Assembly (NCBI RefSeq): GCF_004010195.1
Contig: NC_057720.1
Location: forward strand, 23,338,057 to 23,358,056
Direction of reading: 5' to 3'
DNA: 20,000 bases
From: Chiloscyllium plagiosum
Lineage: Eukaryota
The notes beneath the pieces are model-generated. The model did no database searches and was not told where the DNA came from. It worked only from the letters and a program-made list of their open reading frames with translations. The translations under genes were made by a program, and so were the position numbers. Shown here in pieces: positions 19,465 to 20,000 of the stretch. Numbering within the stretch: the stretch's first letter is position 1; every line of letters starts with the position of its first letter.

Positions 19465-20000
19465 GATTCGGAGATGCCGGTGTTGGACTGGGGTGTACAA
19501 AGTTAAAAATCACACAACACCAGGTTATAGTCCAACAGGTTTAATTGGAAGCACACTAGCTTTCGGAGCAACGCTCCTTCGTCAGGTGATTGTGGAGGGC
19601 TCGATCGTAACACAGAATTTATAGCAAAAATTTGCAGTGTGATGTAACTGAAATTATACATTGAAAAATTGATTGTCTGTTAAGCCTTTCATCTGTTAGG
19701 ATACAGTGATAGTTTCACTTCTTTCATGTGTAAATCAAAACCCTTTTTTTTAAAGTTGCATTCTCGGGTTAGCTGTTAACAATGGTGATAGCTAGACAAT
19801 ATGTTCACATTGTCTAGCTATCACCATTGTTAACAGCTAACCCGAGAAAGCAACTTTTTTAAAAAAAGGTTTTGTGATTTACACATGAAAGAAGTGAAAC
19901 TACCACTGCACTCTAACAGATGAAAGGCTTAACAGACAATCAATTTTTCAATGTATAATTTCAGTTACATCACACTGCAAATATTTGCTATAAATTCTGT
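19465..20000. mobile_element. Penelope-like element with inverted pLTRs forming a palindrome; runs off the window end
   Basis: 19612-19800 is the reverse complement of 19809-20000 with a few mismatches and an 8-nt spacer (atgttcac). The left arm carries a hammerhead and is homologous to 4025-4170. Confidence 0.88.
19554..19588 (-). ncRNA. Minimal type I hammerhead ribozyme motif, intact core
   Basis: Minus strand reads CAC-CUGACGA-A-GGAGC-GUU-GCUCC-GAAA-GC-UA-GUG. Stem I is CAC/GUG, stem II has 5 bp, stem III is the palindrome AGCU, and the cleavage triplet is CUA. Confidence 0.8.

Noticed and set aside
1..20000. CRISPR array, operon or other prokaryotic system
   Set aside because: No regularly spaced direct repeats and no gene-dense coding structure; the content is vertebrate transposon-derived.

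Overview
Non-coding, repeat-dense vertebrate DNA, almost certainly cartilaginous fish. The HE1-type V-SINEs and their CR1/HER1-type LINE partners point to a shark; an orectolobiform such as a bamboo shark is my inference. I recognise no host protein-coding exon. Roughly three quarters of the window is nested transposon debris: many CR1 LINE fragments of different ages, two young HE1 SINEs, an older tRNA-SINE, six Penelope-like element (PLE) insertions, a solo LTR, a pogo/Tigger-like non-autonomous DNA transposon, and decayed Harbinger, Tx1-type L1 and Gypsy coding remnants. The most notable signals are three. First, a set of minimal type I hammerhead ribozyme motifs carried by the PLE pieces, three with an intact core, including a 91-bp ribozyme-only insert with a perfect 14-bp TSD. 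Second, a complex HE1 insertion whose 5' end carries a near-perfect 216-bp inverted copy of nearby unique DNA plus a 13-bp inverted copy of its own target site. Third, a PLE-derived palindrome with arms of at least 189 bp at the window end. All family names come from motif recognition by eye, not from database searches.
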